From Pristiophorus japonicus (Eukaryota), in assembly GCF_044704955.1 (NCBI RefSeq), contig NC_091990.1, forward strand, positions 46,004,001 through 46,068,000: a stretch of DNA of 64,000 nt, in the 5' to 3' direction. This document shows, one piece after another, positions 27,100 to 40,480 of the stretch. The position numbers and the translations under genes were made by a program. The number at the start of each line of letters is the position of its first letter. Position 1 is the first letter of the stretch. The notes beneath the pieces were generated by a model, which worked only from the letters and a program-made list of their open reading frames with translations, was not told the origin of the DNA and did no database searches.

Positions 27100-28214
27100 T
27101 TCGTTCTTCTAAGTTCCCCTCCGATACCTGTTGGCAGACTTGATGACTTTACATCCTCATTGTTAAGGCAGGTTGCATAAAACCAATCGAGAAATATTTT
27201 CCAAGTCTCATAAAACTTTTATTATGTTGCTGAGCTTTAGAAAATATTTTGTTGCTACAAATTGCACTGCAGTTAATTACCTAGATAGTTCTAAAGCGAT
27301 ATTCTAAATGTAACGTATAATCTACTTTGGCAATCAGTAGCATTGCTGACTAAAGATTTTGTTTTGCACAGGTTGCTATTCTGCTGAAGCCTAGAGGGAG
27401 CAAAGTGAAAAAGGGGACAAAATTAAAAATGATACATTCTATTAGTTAATATTATTTGGATCACATATATATGCCATAGGCCAAAGAGATTACTGTATTT
27501 TGGAACAGTGTTTTCACCATGAGATGAAAATTAAAACCCAGTGGTGCTCAAAGCCATGGGAAAGTTGACCAAGCACTCTGAAAACCTCACAACAGATTTC
27601 ACAGGACTTTCCATTCCCAATGTTCCTTTGATGTGGTCTTCAAAAGTCTGCTGCCTGACATTTTGACAAACACCCTATGTGTAATGTTTCAGGATTTATA
27701 GTTGTCTCTGGTCAAATTTAATCAGCTTTGTTCACTGTGATAAAGATCAGCATGATTTGGGATTCCCCAAATAAACTCCTGCTGAGGTCCCTGGTGCTCA
27801 GCTCCAGGAGCCTCAGAACCCTCCACAGAAATGGTTCAATACCTTAGTGGTGCCATCATTGTCCTATCAAGAACACAAAAATTACAAGTTACTTTGTATT
27901 TACTTCACTCGATGATGGGGGCTATTCACCAATTCAATAAGCAGTATTTCCTGTAGCTAGCGCTCCAGAATCAATTGTAAATTATTAGCTGCTGGCAGAG
28001 ATAGCCTCACTTCACTGAGCACGACAATATAAATGCTGCATTTTATTGTCTCAGCAGCCCACCATACTGGGAGTTGTCAGCTTGTGTCAGCTTGTTTCAA
28101 TATCGCTTTGTTTTTTTTTTAAATCTCACTTATATTGCATTGGCGCAGAGACGGGAGAAAATCAGGCCCACATATGCCTCTGTTAATTTATTGGGTTCAG
28201 ATGGAGAAAAGGTT

Positions 28215-29130
28215 GACAACAACAATTTATATTTATATAGTGCCTTTAACATAATAAAATGTCCCAAGGCGCTTCCCAGGAGTTATCAAAAATATTTTTA
28301 ACACCAAACCTTATAAGGAGATGTTCGGGCAGATGAACAAAAACTTGGTTGAAGAGGTAGGTTTTAAGGAAGACTGAGAAGTGGAGATGCAGAGTGATTA
28401 AGGGAGGGAATTCCAGAGCTCAGGACCTAGGCAGTTGAAGACATGACAGCCAATGGTGGAACCTTTAACATCGGGCATGTTCAAAAGGTCCAGAATAGGT
28501 GGAACGCAGCGGTCATGGGGGATTATAGGGCTGCAGGTGATTACAGACATAAGGAGGGGCGATGCCATGGAGGGCTATGAAAACAAGGATAAGAATTTTA
28601 AAATTGAGGTATTGCTTAACTGGGAGCCAATGTAGGTCAGCAAACTCAGGGGAGATTGGTGAGTGGGACTTGGTGAGAGTTAGCCCATGAGCGGCAGAGT
28701 TTTGGATGGCCTCAAGTTTATGGAGCCGGGCCAGGAATGCGAAAGAGGTGATAATGGCATGGATGAGGTTTTCAGTAGCGGATAAGTTAAGGTAAGGGCG
28801 GAGACGGGTGATATTTTGAAGGTGGAAATGATAGTGATAGAACGAATAAGAGGTAGGAAGCTCAATTCACAATCAAATTTGACACCAAGGTTGCAAACAG
28901 ACTTAGTCAGCCTTCGACAGTTGCCAGGGATGAGATTGAATCAGTGGAATTTAATTGGAGAAAATTTCTACTCATCCAGTGCTGGATGTCGGATAAGCAG
29001 TGTGATAGTACAGAGAAAGTGGAGGGTTCGAGAGGTGGAGGGGAGGTAGAGCTGGATATCATCAGCGTTCATGTGTAAACTCACATTGTGTTGCCAGATG
29101 ATGTCACCGAGGGGCAGCACACAGATGAGA
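28215..29130 (-). mobile_element. L2 LINE 3' fragment
   Basis: LPLGDII..HNVSLHMNADDIQLYL on the minus strand; L2 tail at about 28220-28245. Confidence 0.8.
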
Positions 29131-29389
29131 AATTCATTCAATTCATTCCCAGACAGTAGGATGGGTGGGTCCAAATTTCTGCCACTGGGTATTTTCTTTT
29201 ATGATCCATAAATTATGAGCAAGATCTGCATGCACATATTATTTTCTAATATCACATCTTAGCAAAACACAAACATTATATTGATCTGGTGATACTGAAC
29301 CATGGAGATGAGGTCCCAAGTTCAATCCATGGTCTGTATTGGGTTAGAGCAGATTTTTAGTGGGACAGCGGTAGAGCTAAAGAAAGAAA

Positions 29390-29836
29390 GGCTTGCATTT
29401 ATAATAGCACCTTTGACAACCACTGGACATCTTAAAGCATTTTACAGCCAATTAATAGTGTAGCCACTGCTGCAAAGAGGGAAATGCAGCAGCCAATTTG
29501 CACACAGCAAGTTCCCACAAACAGCAATGACCAAATAACCTGTTTTTGTTATGTTGATTGAGGAATGAATATTGGTCAGGACACCAGGGGTAACTCCCCT
29601 ACTCTTCTCTGAAATAGTGCCATGGAATCTTTTACATCCACCTGAGAGAGCAGACAGGACCCCAGTTTAATGTCTCACCCGAAAGACAGCACCTCCAACA
29701 GTGCAGCACTCTCTCGGCACTGCACTAGAGTGTCAGCCTACATTTATGTGCTCGAGTCCCTGGAGTGGGATTTGAACCGACAACTATTCTGACTCCGAGG
29801 CGAGTGGAGTGTATTACCCACTGAGCCACAGCTGAC
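29390..29836 (-). mobile_element. DeuSINE/SacSINE1-like, near full length
   Basis: Reverse complement starts tcagctgtggctcagtgggtaa (A-box), followed by a B-box, the Deu core and the tail. Confidence 0.85.
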
Positions 29837-30863
29837 AGACACAACTGAGCTCTGCAATTAGCCTAATTTCCCATGGCTCATTGTAGGCCTGCTGAAAAAT
29901 GCTTATGTCTTAGCCAACATTTGGCCCTCAACCAGTACCATCAAAGAAAGATTGTTTGGTCATGCATTGATTTTCTGTTTTTGTGGATCTTGCTGTACAC
30001 AAATTAACTGCTAATTTTGCTTGCATAACGCTGAATGCACAAGATGAATGTCCTGCCAGCTGAAGCTATGGATTGCTTATATCCACACTATTCATTGCCG
30101 GCAATAACTGACTCAATTCAACAATTGACATTATGCTGAAGAGCCAAAAATTATGCCAGTTCTAAAATCATTTGACATTTGGAAAAAGGTGGAGAGTGAT
30201 TTTCTTTGATTAATTCCAAAACCACCATATTGCTGCAAGATATAGAACAGATGTTTTAGCTTTATCCAAAACTGAATCTTTAGATTGCCAATTTAATTTT
30301 GAGTCATAAAATCAATAGTCACATGTAACATCAAGAAAAGGTTGATGAGTGTAATATAATGACAATTACTGTTGTAAGTGAGCGCCGCAGGATTCTGGGG
30401 AACTGAATGGGAATACTTCCTGAAAACCGGCCAGCAGGTCAAAATAACTAAAAGGGAAGAGAATCTCAAAGTCTGAAGTTGAGACTGTAAATGTCTATGT
30501 AAATTCATTTGTTAATGTACAGAGCTGACATGGCTGTATGATTTCATTTTGTATTATCATTTCGTATGAAGAATGATCAGTGGCTGCTTGAAAGAATGCA
30601 TGTAATAAATCTGGCAAGTGTACATCAACTCAGGTTCTGCATGAAGGGAGAAAGCAGACTGCTTCACTGGTTATCTATTCAGTCGCCTTGGTTACGCTGT
30701 GCTGATCGCAGTATCGGTGAATCCATCCACAAATCCAAAGCTTGTTGGAAAGCAGTGTTATCAGGCATCAAACTTTATAACGTTACCAAAATTAGGGAAA
30801 AAAGTGAGAATGTAAACTTTGTTTGCTGTGATATTTGATTGTCCGTGAAGGATTAGAAACCAA

Positions 30864-31430
30864 GGGCTGGATTTTCAGTTGGAGGCCTCTTAGGGCGGTA
30901 AATTTTGCATTGGGAAATGGTTTGCAATGGCAGCCAACAAATTCAGTTGCTGGGCCCTGAGTGTGGAGCGGAGCACTAAGGGAGGCGTTCCACACTTCTC
31001 ATAGGGCGCTAGGCCAGGTGAGCAACTGAAAATCCGTTGCTAAAGAGCTGGCTTCAGAGCGCCAGAAGAGAGGCCTCTCTGGAAAAATAAAATCTGCACA
31101 AAAAACATTCCCAATATATTGCTCACCCCAAATAAAGATAAATCGCAACAATAAAACAAAAAAAGCAATCACACTTACCTCATGCAGTCATTCCTTCCCT
31201 CACCGCCGCCAGGACAGCTCGGACCACCAGCTAACTCGGGTGGATTGAATACAGGGCGTTACACGGTCAGCGTGAAACAAATTTTCAGATCGGGACGATA
31301 CCGGGGACATTGCACAGCAGCGCGATGCTCCCAGGTGGTACTGCTCAGCGCTGCCGAAAAACCAGCACCACATTTCCTGGCCGGTTGCTAGAATCTGGCC
31401 GCCCGGGCGATAACCATTTCCAGGCCCCAC
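30864..31430. mobile_element. Harbinger-type MITE, left part; probable right end at 33660-33708 beyond the LINE mosaic
   Basis: gggctggatttt at 30864; aaaatccaaccc ending at 33708. Confidence 0.6.
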
Positions 31431-31431
31431 A

Positions 31432-33610
31432 CTCCTGACTTATGTCTTGCAGATGGTGGAAAGGCTTTCGGTAGTCAGGAGGTGAGGCACTCGCCACAGA
31501 ATAGCCAGCCTCTGACCTGCTCTTGTAGCCACAGTATTTCTGTGGCAGGTCCATTTAAGCTTCTGGTCAATGGTGACCCCCAGGATGTTGATGGTGGGGT
31601 ATTCAGCGATGGTAACGCCGTTGAATGTCAAGGGGCAGTGGTTAGACTCACATTTGTTGGAGAGAGTCATTCTCTGGGCACTTGTGTGGCATGAATGTTA
31701 CTTGCCACTTATCAGCCCAAGCCTGAATGTCATCCAGGTCATGCTGCATGCTGGCATGGTCTGCTTTATTATGTGAGGAGTTGCGAATGGAGCTGAACAC
31801 TGTGCAATCATCAGCGAACATCTCCCCTTCTGATCTTCTGATGGAGGGAAGGTCATTGATGAAGCAACTGAAGATGATTGTGCCTAGGACACTGCCCTGA
31901 GGAACTCCTGCAACAATGTCCTGCAATTGTGATGATTGGCCTCCAACAACCACAACCAACTTCCTTTGTGCGAGGAATGATTCCAGCCAGTGGAGAGTTT
32001 TCTCCCTGATTTCCATTGACTTCAATTATACTAGGGCTCCTTATTTCCACACTCGGTCAAATGCTGCTTTGATTTCAAGGGCAGTCACTCTAATCTCTTC
32101 TCTGCTATTCAGCTCTTTTTTCCATGTTTCGACCAAGGCTGTAACGAGGTTTGGAGCCGAGTGGTCCTGGAGAGACCCTAACTGGGCATTGGTGAGCAGG
32201 TTATCGGTGAGTATGTGCTGCTTGATAGCACTGTCGACAACACTTTCCATCACTTTTCTAATGATTGAGAGTAGATTGATGGATGATAACTGTTTGTATT
32301 GGATTTGTCCTGCGTTTTGTGGACAGGACATACCTGGACAATTTTCCACATTGTCAGGTAGATGCCAGTGTATTTTGCTTTTCCAAATGTTCTGCTACTG
32401 CTTCTTTAATAATGGATTCCAATATTTTCCCAACCACAGATGTTAGGCTAACTGGTCTATAGTTTCCTGCTTTTTGTCTGCCTCCTTTTTTAAATAGGGA
32501 CGTCACATTTGCAGTTTTCCAATCTGCTGGGATATCCCCAGAATCCAGGGAATTTTGGTAAATTACAACCAATGCATCCACAGGTTTTTCTCGGGCTCCT
32601 TGATGCCACACTCGGTCAAATGCTGCCTAGATGTCGAGGGCAGTCACTCTCACCTTACCTCTGGAGCACAAGTCTTCAGGACAACAGCCAAGATGTTGGC
32701 AGGGCCCGGAGCCTTTGCTGTATCCAGTGAGCTTAGCCGTATCTTGATATCACATGGAGTGAATTGGCTGAAGACTGACTTCTTTGATGGTGGGGCCATC
32801 AGGAGGAAGTTGATATGGACCACTCACTCAGCACTTCTGGCTGAAGATGGTTGCAAACACTTCAGCCTTGTCTTTTGTACTCGTGTGCTGGGCCCCACCA
32901 TCATTGTGGATGGGAATATTCATGGAGCCTCCTCTTCCCATTCGTTATTTAATTGTCCACCATCAATCACGACTGGATGTGGCAGGATTAGAGTTTTGAT
33001 CTGATCCGTTGATTGTGGGATCATTTAGGTCTGTCTATGGCATGTGTGTAGCCCTGTGCTGTATCTTCACCAGGTTGCCACTTCATTTTTATTTATGCCT
33101 GGTGCTGCTCCTGCATGCACTTCTACACTCCTCAGTGAATCAGGGTTGATCCCCTGGCTCGATGGTAATGGTAGAGTGAGAGATATGCCGGGCCATGAGT
33201 TTACAGATTGTGGTGGATACAATTCTACTGCTGCTCTTGGCCGACAGCACCTCATGGATGCCCAGTTTTGAGCTGCTAGATCTGTTCTGAATCTATCACA
33301 TTTAGCATGGTGGTAGTGCCACACAACACGATGGAGGGTGTCATCATCATGAAGATGGGTTTTCGTCTCCACAGGGACTGTGCAGTGGTCACTCCTACCA
33401 ATACTATCATGGACAGAGGTATCTGCGATAGGTAGATTGCTGAGCACGAGGTCAAGTAGGTGTTTCCTTTGGGTTGGTTCTCTCACCACCAGCCGGAGAC
33501 CTAGTCTGACAGCTATGACCTTCAGGGTATGGCCAGATTGGTCAGTTGTGATCTGACCAAGCCTTAGTGATGGGCATTGAGTCCCCACCTAGAATACATT
33601 CTGTGCCCTT
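31432..33610 (-). mobile_element. Mosaic of CR1-clade LINE fragments (two families)
   Basis: Motifs VPQGSVLG..FINDLP..MFADDCT..QAWADKWQVTF, ALEIKAAFDRVW and LDLVLSNL..IGRSDH. A HER1-type piece DWKTANVTSLFKKGGRQKAGNYRPVSLTS lies at about 32370-32582. Confidence 0.85.
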
Positions 33611-33711
33611 ATTAGAGCTTGACAGCCATGCCCACATCCCAAGAATGAATAATAATTTAATTAATCCGGGACGCTAACAGAGGTGCAATCAAAACAAAAA
33701 TCCAACCCCAG

Positions 33712-34415
33712 GTTGACCAAAGGTCATCGACCTGAAACGTTAACTCTGTTTCTCTCTCCACAGATGCTGCCTGACCTGTTGAGTATTTCCGAAGCCATTG
33801 GAGGGAGCAGTGTGTGGTGGCCCGGCCCAGAAATCGGCGCAGTCCTGGCCTGCAAGACAATCAGCAGGCCGGGGCCATTGGAGGGAGCAGTGTGCGGCGG
33901 CATACCACTGCAGGGAGCAGCGCGTGCTGCTGCAGAAGGTCGACGGCTGTGATGCCAGGTCGCTGATTGCAGTGCGGGCAGGCACAGCAGGAGGGGCGAA
34001 GGAGCGGCAACAGTCCATAGAGGGAAGTGACTGGGGCCCAGGAGAGGCATGAATCTGGGGCCCAGAAGAGGTGAGGGCCCAGGGGCAGCACGGGCCAGTC
34101 CACACTATGATATGTGTGTGTGCTCAGTCCGTGCAGCAGAGCTGGTCTCCAGTTAGTCTTGGGTAATCCTTGCCACTGGACCAAGACCTAGCTCTGTCAA
34201 GCCCGTGTGGTGGCTGATGTGCAACGGCCACTACACATTAAAAAAATCCAAGCACAGGCATCTTCCACCCTTCATGATGTAGGTTGGGATCTGGACTATT
34301 AGGTCCTTCATTGAAACACCTGTGAACTCATCCCTTTTTGGCATGGAAGCAAGTCATCCTCGATACGAGGGACTGTCTATGATGATGATTTCCAGCAATT
34401 TCTACTTTTATTACA
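33712..34415 (+). mobile_element. Penelope-type terminal fragment, interrupted by an RTE-type SINE
   Basis: gacctgaaacgttaactctgtttctctctccacagatgctgcctgacctg...atttcc, resuming as agcaatttctacttttatt after 34393. Confidence 0.55.
33791..34387 (+). mobile_element. RTE-type SINE / non-autonomous retroposon, copy 1
   Basis: TSD ATTTCC; 3' end gaagcaagtcatcctcgatacgagggactg plus (GAT)n. Confidence 0.8.
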
Positions 34416-36069
34416 GATGGTGTAAACAACTGTCTGCCAAAAAGCAATGCACTGTTCTATATGTGGAGGTCTGTGCTGAGCAAATAATACCATGAAAACG
34501 ACTCAGGGGATAAAAATATTTTTTGGTTGACCTCAACCGTCTTATTTGAAATTTCTTCACTTTTTATGCTCAGAATATTACATAAACCGCCTTCTGGCTG
34601 AACTCATGAGTTGATGCCAAATTGATCTGGATTCCTATTCCTGTGAACTCACAGTTAACAATCAATCAATCAGCCTATGAAAGAACCCAAGCTCCATTTT
34701 ATTGAAAATTACAACATCGCAGTATCTTTTTGTTCTTTTTATAACCTTTAATTCTACCTTTGATTACATATAGGGAATGATGAACTAACTGGGGTTAAAA
34801 TGCAAACCGTCTTTCTTCCCAACACCATCAGTTAAGAATGAAATCAGGCCATCAATAAACGAGGAGCTCAGATCGTTTGATGTGATGCATTCATTGTCTA
34901 CACTTCACAGTTCCGAGGTAGGAGAGGCCTCGATAAGGGTTATGTTCGAAGAGCTTCATTTTGTTAATGGATCTAGCTTTATTACCATTTATATGTTTGG
35001 TAGCCTCTTAGGACATTATGAAATACACAGTTCTTCAGTTGCATTCTCTATCGGCCTGATGTTTACTGTTCATCAGAGATTAGGAGTGTACGGTGAACAA
35101 CCCATTGTAGTTCCAGTATAATCCAGCAGATTGTTATATCCCATTAACTACAAACACAAGATTACATTTGGACCCGAGGAGGTATGGCCTGCCTATGCAC
35201 ATTACCTTTTGTAGCAAGCACAGGAAAAGATTATTGGGAAGGTTCCTGAATTGCATAGCTATGGATACAGCACATGAGTGCTTCTGATGGGTGGGGAAAA
35301 CTTGGATCCTCTAGCAAATAAAAACAAAGAAAAATATAAAAACCATATATAACAGCAGATATAGCTTGTGGCGTAATATAATCATGGCCATCTGGCACCA
35401 CAACATGGACTTTCTGGAACAAGTGCATCCAGAAAATGAACCTATCCAAAATCTCATTATTGAGCTGATTACCAAGAAATATTAACATTAAGCAAGCAAA
35501 ATAGCAGCAACTGTCCAGTGTCAAGTTATTGTCATCATTCTTGAACTTACAATTAAAGGGGTGGTTGGCTGGCTACGGGTAAATCTTTGGAACCAGCCCA
35601 TTGTAATTGTTTTTTTGAATTTTGAGGCAGAATTATTACGATTAGCTCATAGATCACGAATGTAGAGTCTATTAGATGCTCTCAAATTAGTTAATATTTA
35701 AACAGTGCTTGTCTTTCAAAACTATCATCTACTAAGGAAGAATAGAAAAACAGACTATGTTTTAAACTGGTGATAAACTATTAAATGATGGTGTTCAGAG
35801 AGATGTACGTGTCCTCATACAGGAAACACAGAAAGAAGGCAAATGGCATGTTGGCCTTTATTGCAAGGGGGTTGGAGTACAAGAGTAAGGAAGTCTTACT
35901 ACAATTGTATAGGGTTTGGTGAGACCACACCTGGAATACCGAGTACAGTTTGGTCTCCTTATCTGAGGAAAGATATACTTTCCTTAGACAGGGTGTAACA
36001 AAGGTTCACTAGATTGATTCCTGCGATGAGGTTGTTCTACGAGGAGAGATTGAGTACATTAGGCCTATA

Positions 36070-36669
36070 GGGCCGGATTTTCGACCAGGTTTGCGACCGG
36101 ATTTTCACCGCGATTTGACCTTCTGTGCCGAAAACCAGGTCGCAAAGCCCGAGCGGGCTCCTCGGGTACCTGTTTGTAGCGGCGCTTCCAAGTATCGGCA
36201 GGGAGAGGCGCGCCGATGTGCAATGACTCCGATTGCATTTGCGATCGAGTTTTGGCTCTCTCCAGACCCGTACGCCACGCACAGAGTAGCAACAGGTCAA
36301 ACCTGTCAGCAACGGTAAGTACGAAAACCTGCAATTTTTAATATTTTTATTTTTTTGCGGTGATTACTTAGTTAAGGGTCTTGTAAATGTTTTTGGAATG
36401 TTTTTTGGAAAAACAAATTCCCCTCCCAAGGCCTCTCTCGCAGTGCTCCCGGCCAGGAACGCTGCGAGAGAGGCCTTAGGAGGGGGAAAAAAATTCCAAA
36501 AGTTGGCGAGGTTCGCGTTTTTGCACCGAGAATACTGTGCAATGCCTCCCTTTGCGACAAACCCATAGGCCGAAACTTAGTCCTTAAAACGTTAGCACAG
36601 CAAAAACTTTAGTTTTCACTTATCGCTTGCATTTTCGCCCAAAAACCCCAAAACCTGAAAATCCAGCCC
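36070..36669. mobile_element. Harbinger-type MITE
   Basis: TIRs gggccggatttt / aaaatccagccc; interrupts the CR1 GLYSLE segment. Confidence 0.85.
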
Positions 36670-36743
36670 AAAGTCTCTGGAGTTTTGAAAAATGAGAGAT
36701 GATCTCATTGAAACATCTAAGATTCTGAGGGGGGATTGACAGG

Positions 36744-36974
36744 TTGTTTAACCCTTGCCACTGGATCAAGACCTGGCTCTGTCAAGCCCGTGTGGTGGCC
36801 GATGTGCAACGGCAACCCCACGTTAAAAGAATCTATGCACAGGCATCTTCCACCCTTCAGTATGTAGTTCAGGATCTAGAATGTCAGGTCCCTCATTGAA
36901 ACACCTGTGAACTCATCTCTTTTTGGTCTGGAAGCAGGTCATCCTCGATACGAGGAACTGCCTAATACTACTAC
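36744..36974 (+). mobile_element. RTE-type SINE, copy 2 (5'-truncated)
   Basis: TSD tgacagg/tgacggg; same body as copy 1; (TAC)n tail. Confidence 0.8.
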
Positions 36975-37269
36975 TGACGGGGTGGATGCTGAGAGGCTGA
37001 TTCCCCTGACTGGAGTGTCAAGAACTAGGGGTCGCCGGATAAGGGGCCGGCCATTTAAGACTCAGATGAGGAGGAACATCTTCACTCAGAGGGTTGTGAA
37101 TTCTCTAACCAAAGGGCTGTAGATGCTGAAAATGTTGAGATAGATACATTTTTGGACTCCAGGGAAATCAAGGGATATGGGGATTGGGAAGGGTAGTGGA
37201 GTTGAGGTCAAAGATCAGCCTCAATCTTATTGAATAGTGGAGCAAGCTCGAAGGGCCATATGTTTTTAG

Positions 37270-38540
37270 CTTTTTAGAATTGTTTAAAGTCGGTGTGGTG
37301 ACAGGGAGTGGTGCTACGTGTGGAGAAGGCCTTGCTTCTGACTTCAAAGGTTCGGACCACTTGCTGCCAGTCATGGGTGCTCTAGTTGTCGTCCCCCTTG
37401 GTCTGCAGCATGACAAGGAGATGAAACAGAGACAGCGAAGAAGAGGACTAAATGCTCGCAGAGGGAGGAGGGATGAAGGGCTTTCAGCAGGTGACCCACC
37501 GGATAGCCCCTGCTGGCACCAATTGTGAGCCGTCTTGTTCTGCAAGAGAAAGAGAAGTGTGCCAGTGAGTGTGGTGCAATGTGTTTGGATGATATGCCTG
37601 TCATGGTTGAATAGCTCATCGTGATTGCAAGCGGTGAGATGTGGGGGTGAGACTTGTAGCAGTGGTATGTGTGTGAGCGTGAGGTAAACTTATGAATCTG
37701 AGGTATGAGTCGTATTTGGTAGAGATTGTTGTTAGGTCATTGATGGGGATGTGGTGCATTGAGCAGTTTGTGATGCTGGTGGTGCAGGTCGTGGGATATG
37801 GCATTTGAAGATTAATTCACTGACCTTGACCACTCGAGTGATGTCATTAAACTTCTTCCTGCATTGCAGCCAGCTCCTGGGGGCAACATTGCTGGCATTC
37901 ACAGCTGTGGCTATCTATTCCCATTGGCATTTTTGAGTTCGTCTGGAGGGCCTCCTGGCCTCATGTGGGGAAATAGGACCGCTCTCCTCCTAGCCACCTA
38001 TGGAGGCCAACAATGCTGCACCTGAGAACCTTGATGCACATTCTCTTCCCTGTTGTGACATTTGCACTGTCTCCCCCAGCCAGTTGCATGAGCTGCTGGT
38101 GTGGAACGGCCCCACACATTAAAAAAAATCCATGCACAGGCATTTTCCATCCTTGTGGATGTAGTTCGGGTTCTTCATTCGAAGCACCTGTGAACTCATC
38201 CTTTTTTTTGGCATGGAAGCAAGTCATCTTCGTTTCCAGGGACTGCCTATGATGCTGATGAGCTGCTGCATGGAGAATGCACCTCCGCTTTGAGAGGTGC
38301 AGACATCCTTTAAGAAGTGGAGGCTAGCTTTCATTGGTACTAGCCTTGTACGAACTTGGGCCTCCTGCTGAGCATTCAGCCACCCAGCAACGCATTCAGC
38401 ATTAGGCTGAACGCTACAATCATTATAATGAGCAGGCTGTACGAAGGACATGTGCTGCCTACATTCCTTTCAATGGGCACTGGATGATCGCGCATTGTGA
38501 TCCCCGCGCCCATTTTCGGGTGCAATCCAATTTTTAGCCC
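37270..38540 (-). mobile_element. Harbinger fragment with Myb/SANT relic
   Basis: Minus strand reads IATAVNASNVAPRSWLQCRKKFNDITRVVK|gtcagt (about 37820-37920); the next exon is ttgcag|NKTAHNWCQQGLSGG; TIR-like end aatttttagccc at about 38540. Confidence 0.75.
38099..38257 (+). mobile_element. RTE-type SINE, copy 3 (short)
   Basis: 11-bp TSD ATGAGCTGCTG; same 3' end as the other copies. Confidence 0.8.
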
Positions 38541-40480
38541 ATTGAGCTTTGATGATCGCCACCAATCTAACCCATTGTTTGGCTACATCCCTTATAGTTA
38601 ATGCTGAATCTCAAGTAGATTCAGTGATGTTCATCTGGATTTTATAGACTTTACTTTCACCCTTGCGGAAATTATTGGCTTTATGTTTATACTCCCTTAT
38701 TAGTAAACCCTCAGAGGATGCCATTCAATCTCTCACTGCAGCATCAATTCAAGGTTGCAGCCAGCCAGCGATAGGTTTCTCACGGACAAAGAAGCACTAG
38801 ATTCCATTTGCACTGTGAAGTGCAAGCCAAAGCGAATCCAGTGTTGGCTGCACACTATGCCTGACCTTGGCAGTGTAAATCCTGCTGACCTGTGATCTCA
38901 CACAGGCATAAAAAACAGTCCACCTCTGGGGTGGCTGACAGTTCAGAGAGACATAATTCAGACCATGATATGAACTCCATTAAAGTGGCAAATGCTGAAA
39001 AAAGGACTGTTGGTCACGATAAGGGAATTTAAGCCAGCGTGCAGATTGCTGTCGTTGAAAAGATGAATCGCTTTTTAACAATGTTGGTATCAAGCAGTCC
39101 AGGGTCAAATTCAACACATGCTTGACAAAGACAAAATCTCTGTACTCTTCCCCAACATGTCGCAATACCTTTAAGAGTCCCTTGCTGTACCAGTATGTCA
39201 GTTTCCTGCACTCAACATCATTGTGGCCTCTTTGAGCGACCTTGTCAATTTAGTGCTAATTTGAGGACAGTTTTGTGTTTGAAACCGACAACCATTTATT
39301 TTAAATAGGTTAATGCCTCCATTAAAATGCCAGAGAGCAGAAAAAAATGCACCCAACTTGTCTTCACTGACTGTCATTTTAATGGAAGCAGTAACCCATT
39401 TAAAATAATGGATTGCCATTTCTCAGCACAAAACTGTCCACAAATTAGCCCTAAATTAACAGAGTTAAGTGCTTAGCTTCATATTATCGGCAACACTGCT
39501 TTCTAGCCTATAATCAAGGTGCTCTGCTAAATCAGTCACCTGTCCATGGCTTGAGATTCTTCAAACTGAAGGACCTGGAATGAAAAGCTCAAGCAACAAT
39601 GAGTTTTTTACCATTACCCTAGATGATTGCTATAATTTTCTTCACTTGATGTAGAAATGTATTGGTTGCAAAGAGCCAATGTGAAATGATTTCAGGATCA
39701 CTTAACTCATTGCAAAGTAACCAGGGATGCAAAGCACAAAACTGCCCAACTTGGCAATTTCATAAAGGTGACAGAATGGGTCACGTGAGAAATGGCCAAA
39801 AAGGTTCCATTTACTTGGGGGAATGCCATTTTGAGACTGAGGAACATGGTTCGCGCTGGACAAAGTGAAATTTACTCTGCGTCTAACTGTGCAATTGGCG
39901 CTTGTGCCGAGGAGTGCCTGATTATGCTCAAAGTGCAATTGTACATTCCCCGAAGTATAATCCCTCACCTTCATGAACATAAAATTCAGTTATAAACAAT
40001 AAAAATAAAGCAGAGTCTGGTCTGGCCTTTTTGTTGACATGATGATGCAATTGGTTCTATTTATTGCAATGACCCCATTCACAAAACATACTGTGCAAAT
40101 TGTAATTTCATTAGTTCAACACGAATACTTAGCAGTGTTCCAAATGCTGTGCAACACATTAATAAGCTTTGTGTATAGTTAGTCATCTTTAGGGAGTTCC
40201 AGAGTCTGACTGCTAAGCAACTCAATAGCAACAGCTTGACTGGCAGCGGAGCTCTAAGCAATTTAATTTCTATTTCCTTGCAAGATAGTCAGTCAGAGGT
40301 AATATTTCAAACAAAAGGAAATGCAGGAAAGATCTGCTATTGGTTAAAAAGACAGTGTGGTCACAAGGCACCAGTCAGATAGACAAAGACCATGCAGTGT
40401 TTTGATAGAAAGCTGTGCAATGTACTCATGTGTTGATGGTCACTGAATTTGTAGCCAAACTCTGCTGCAGCACAATAAAT

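Larger units (their letters stand above)
35740..37262 (+). mobile_element. Old CR1 3' fragment split by a MITE and a SINE
   Basis: KANGMLAFIARG..LVRPHLEY, then RDDLIET, RTRG..RIRGRPFKTQMRRNIFTQRVVN and the 3' UTR. Confidence 0.8.
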
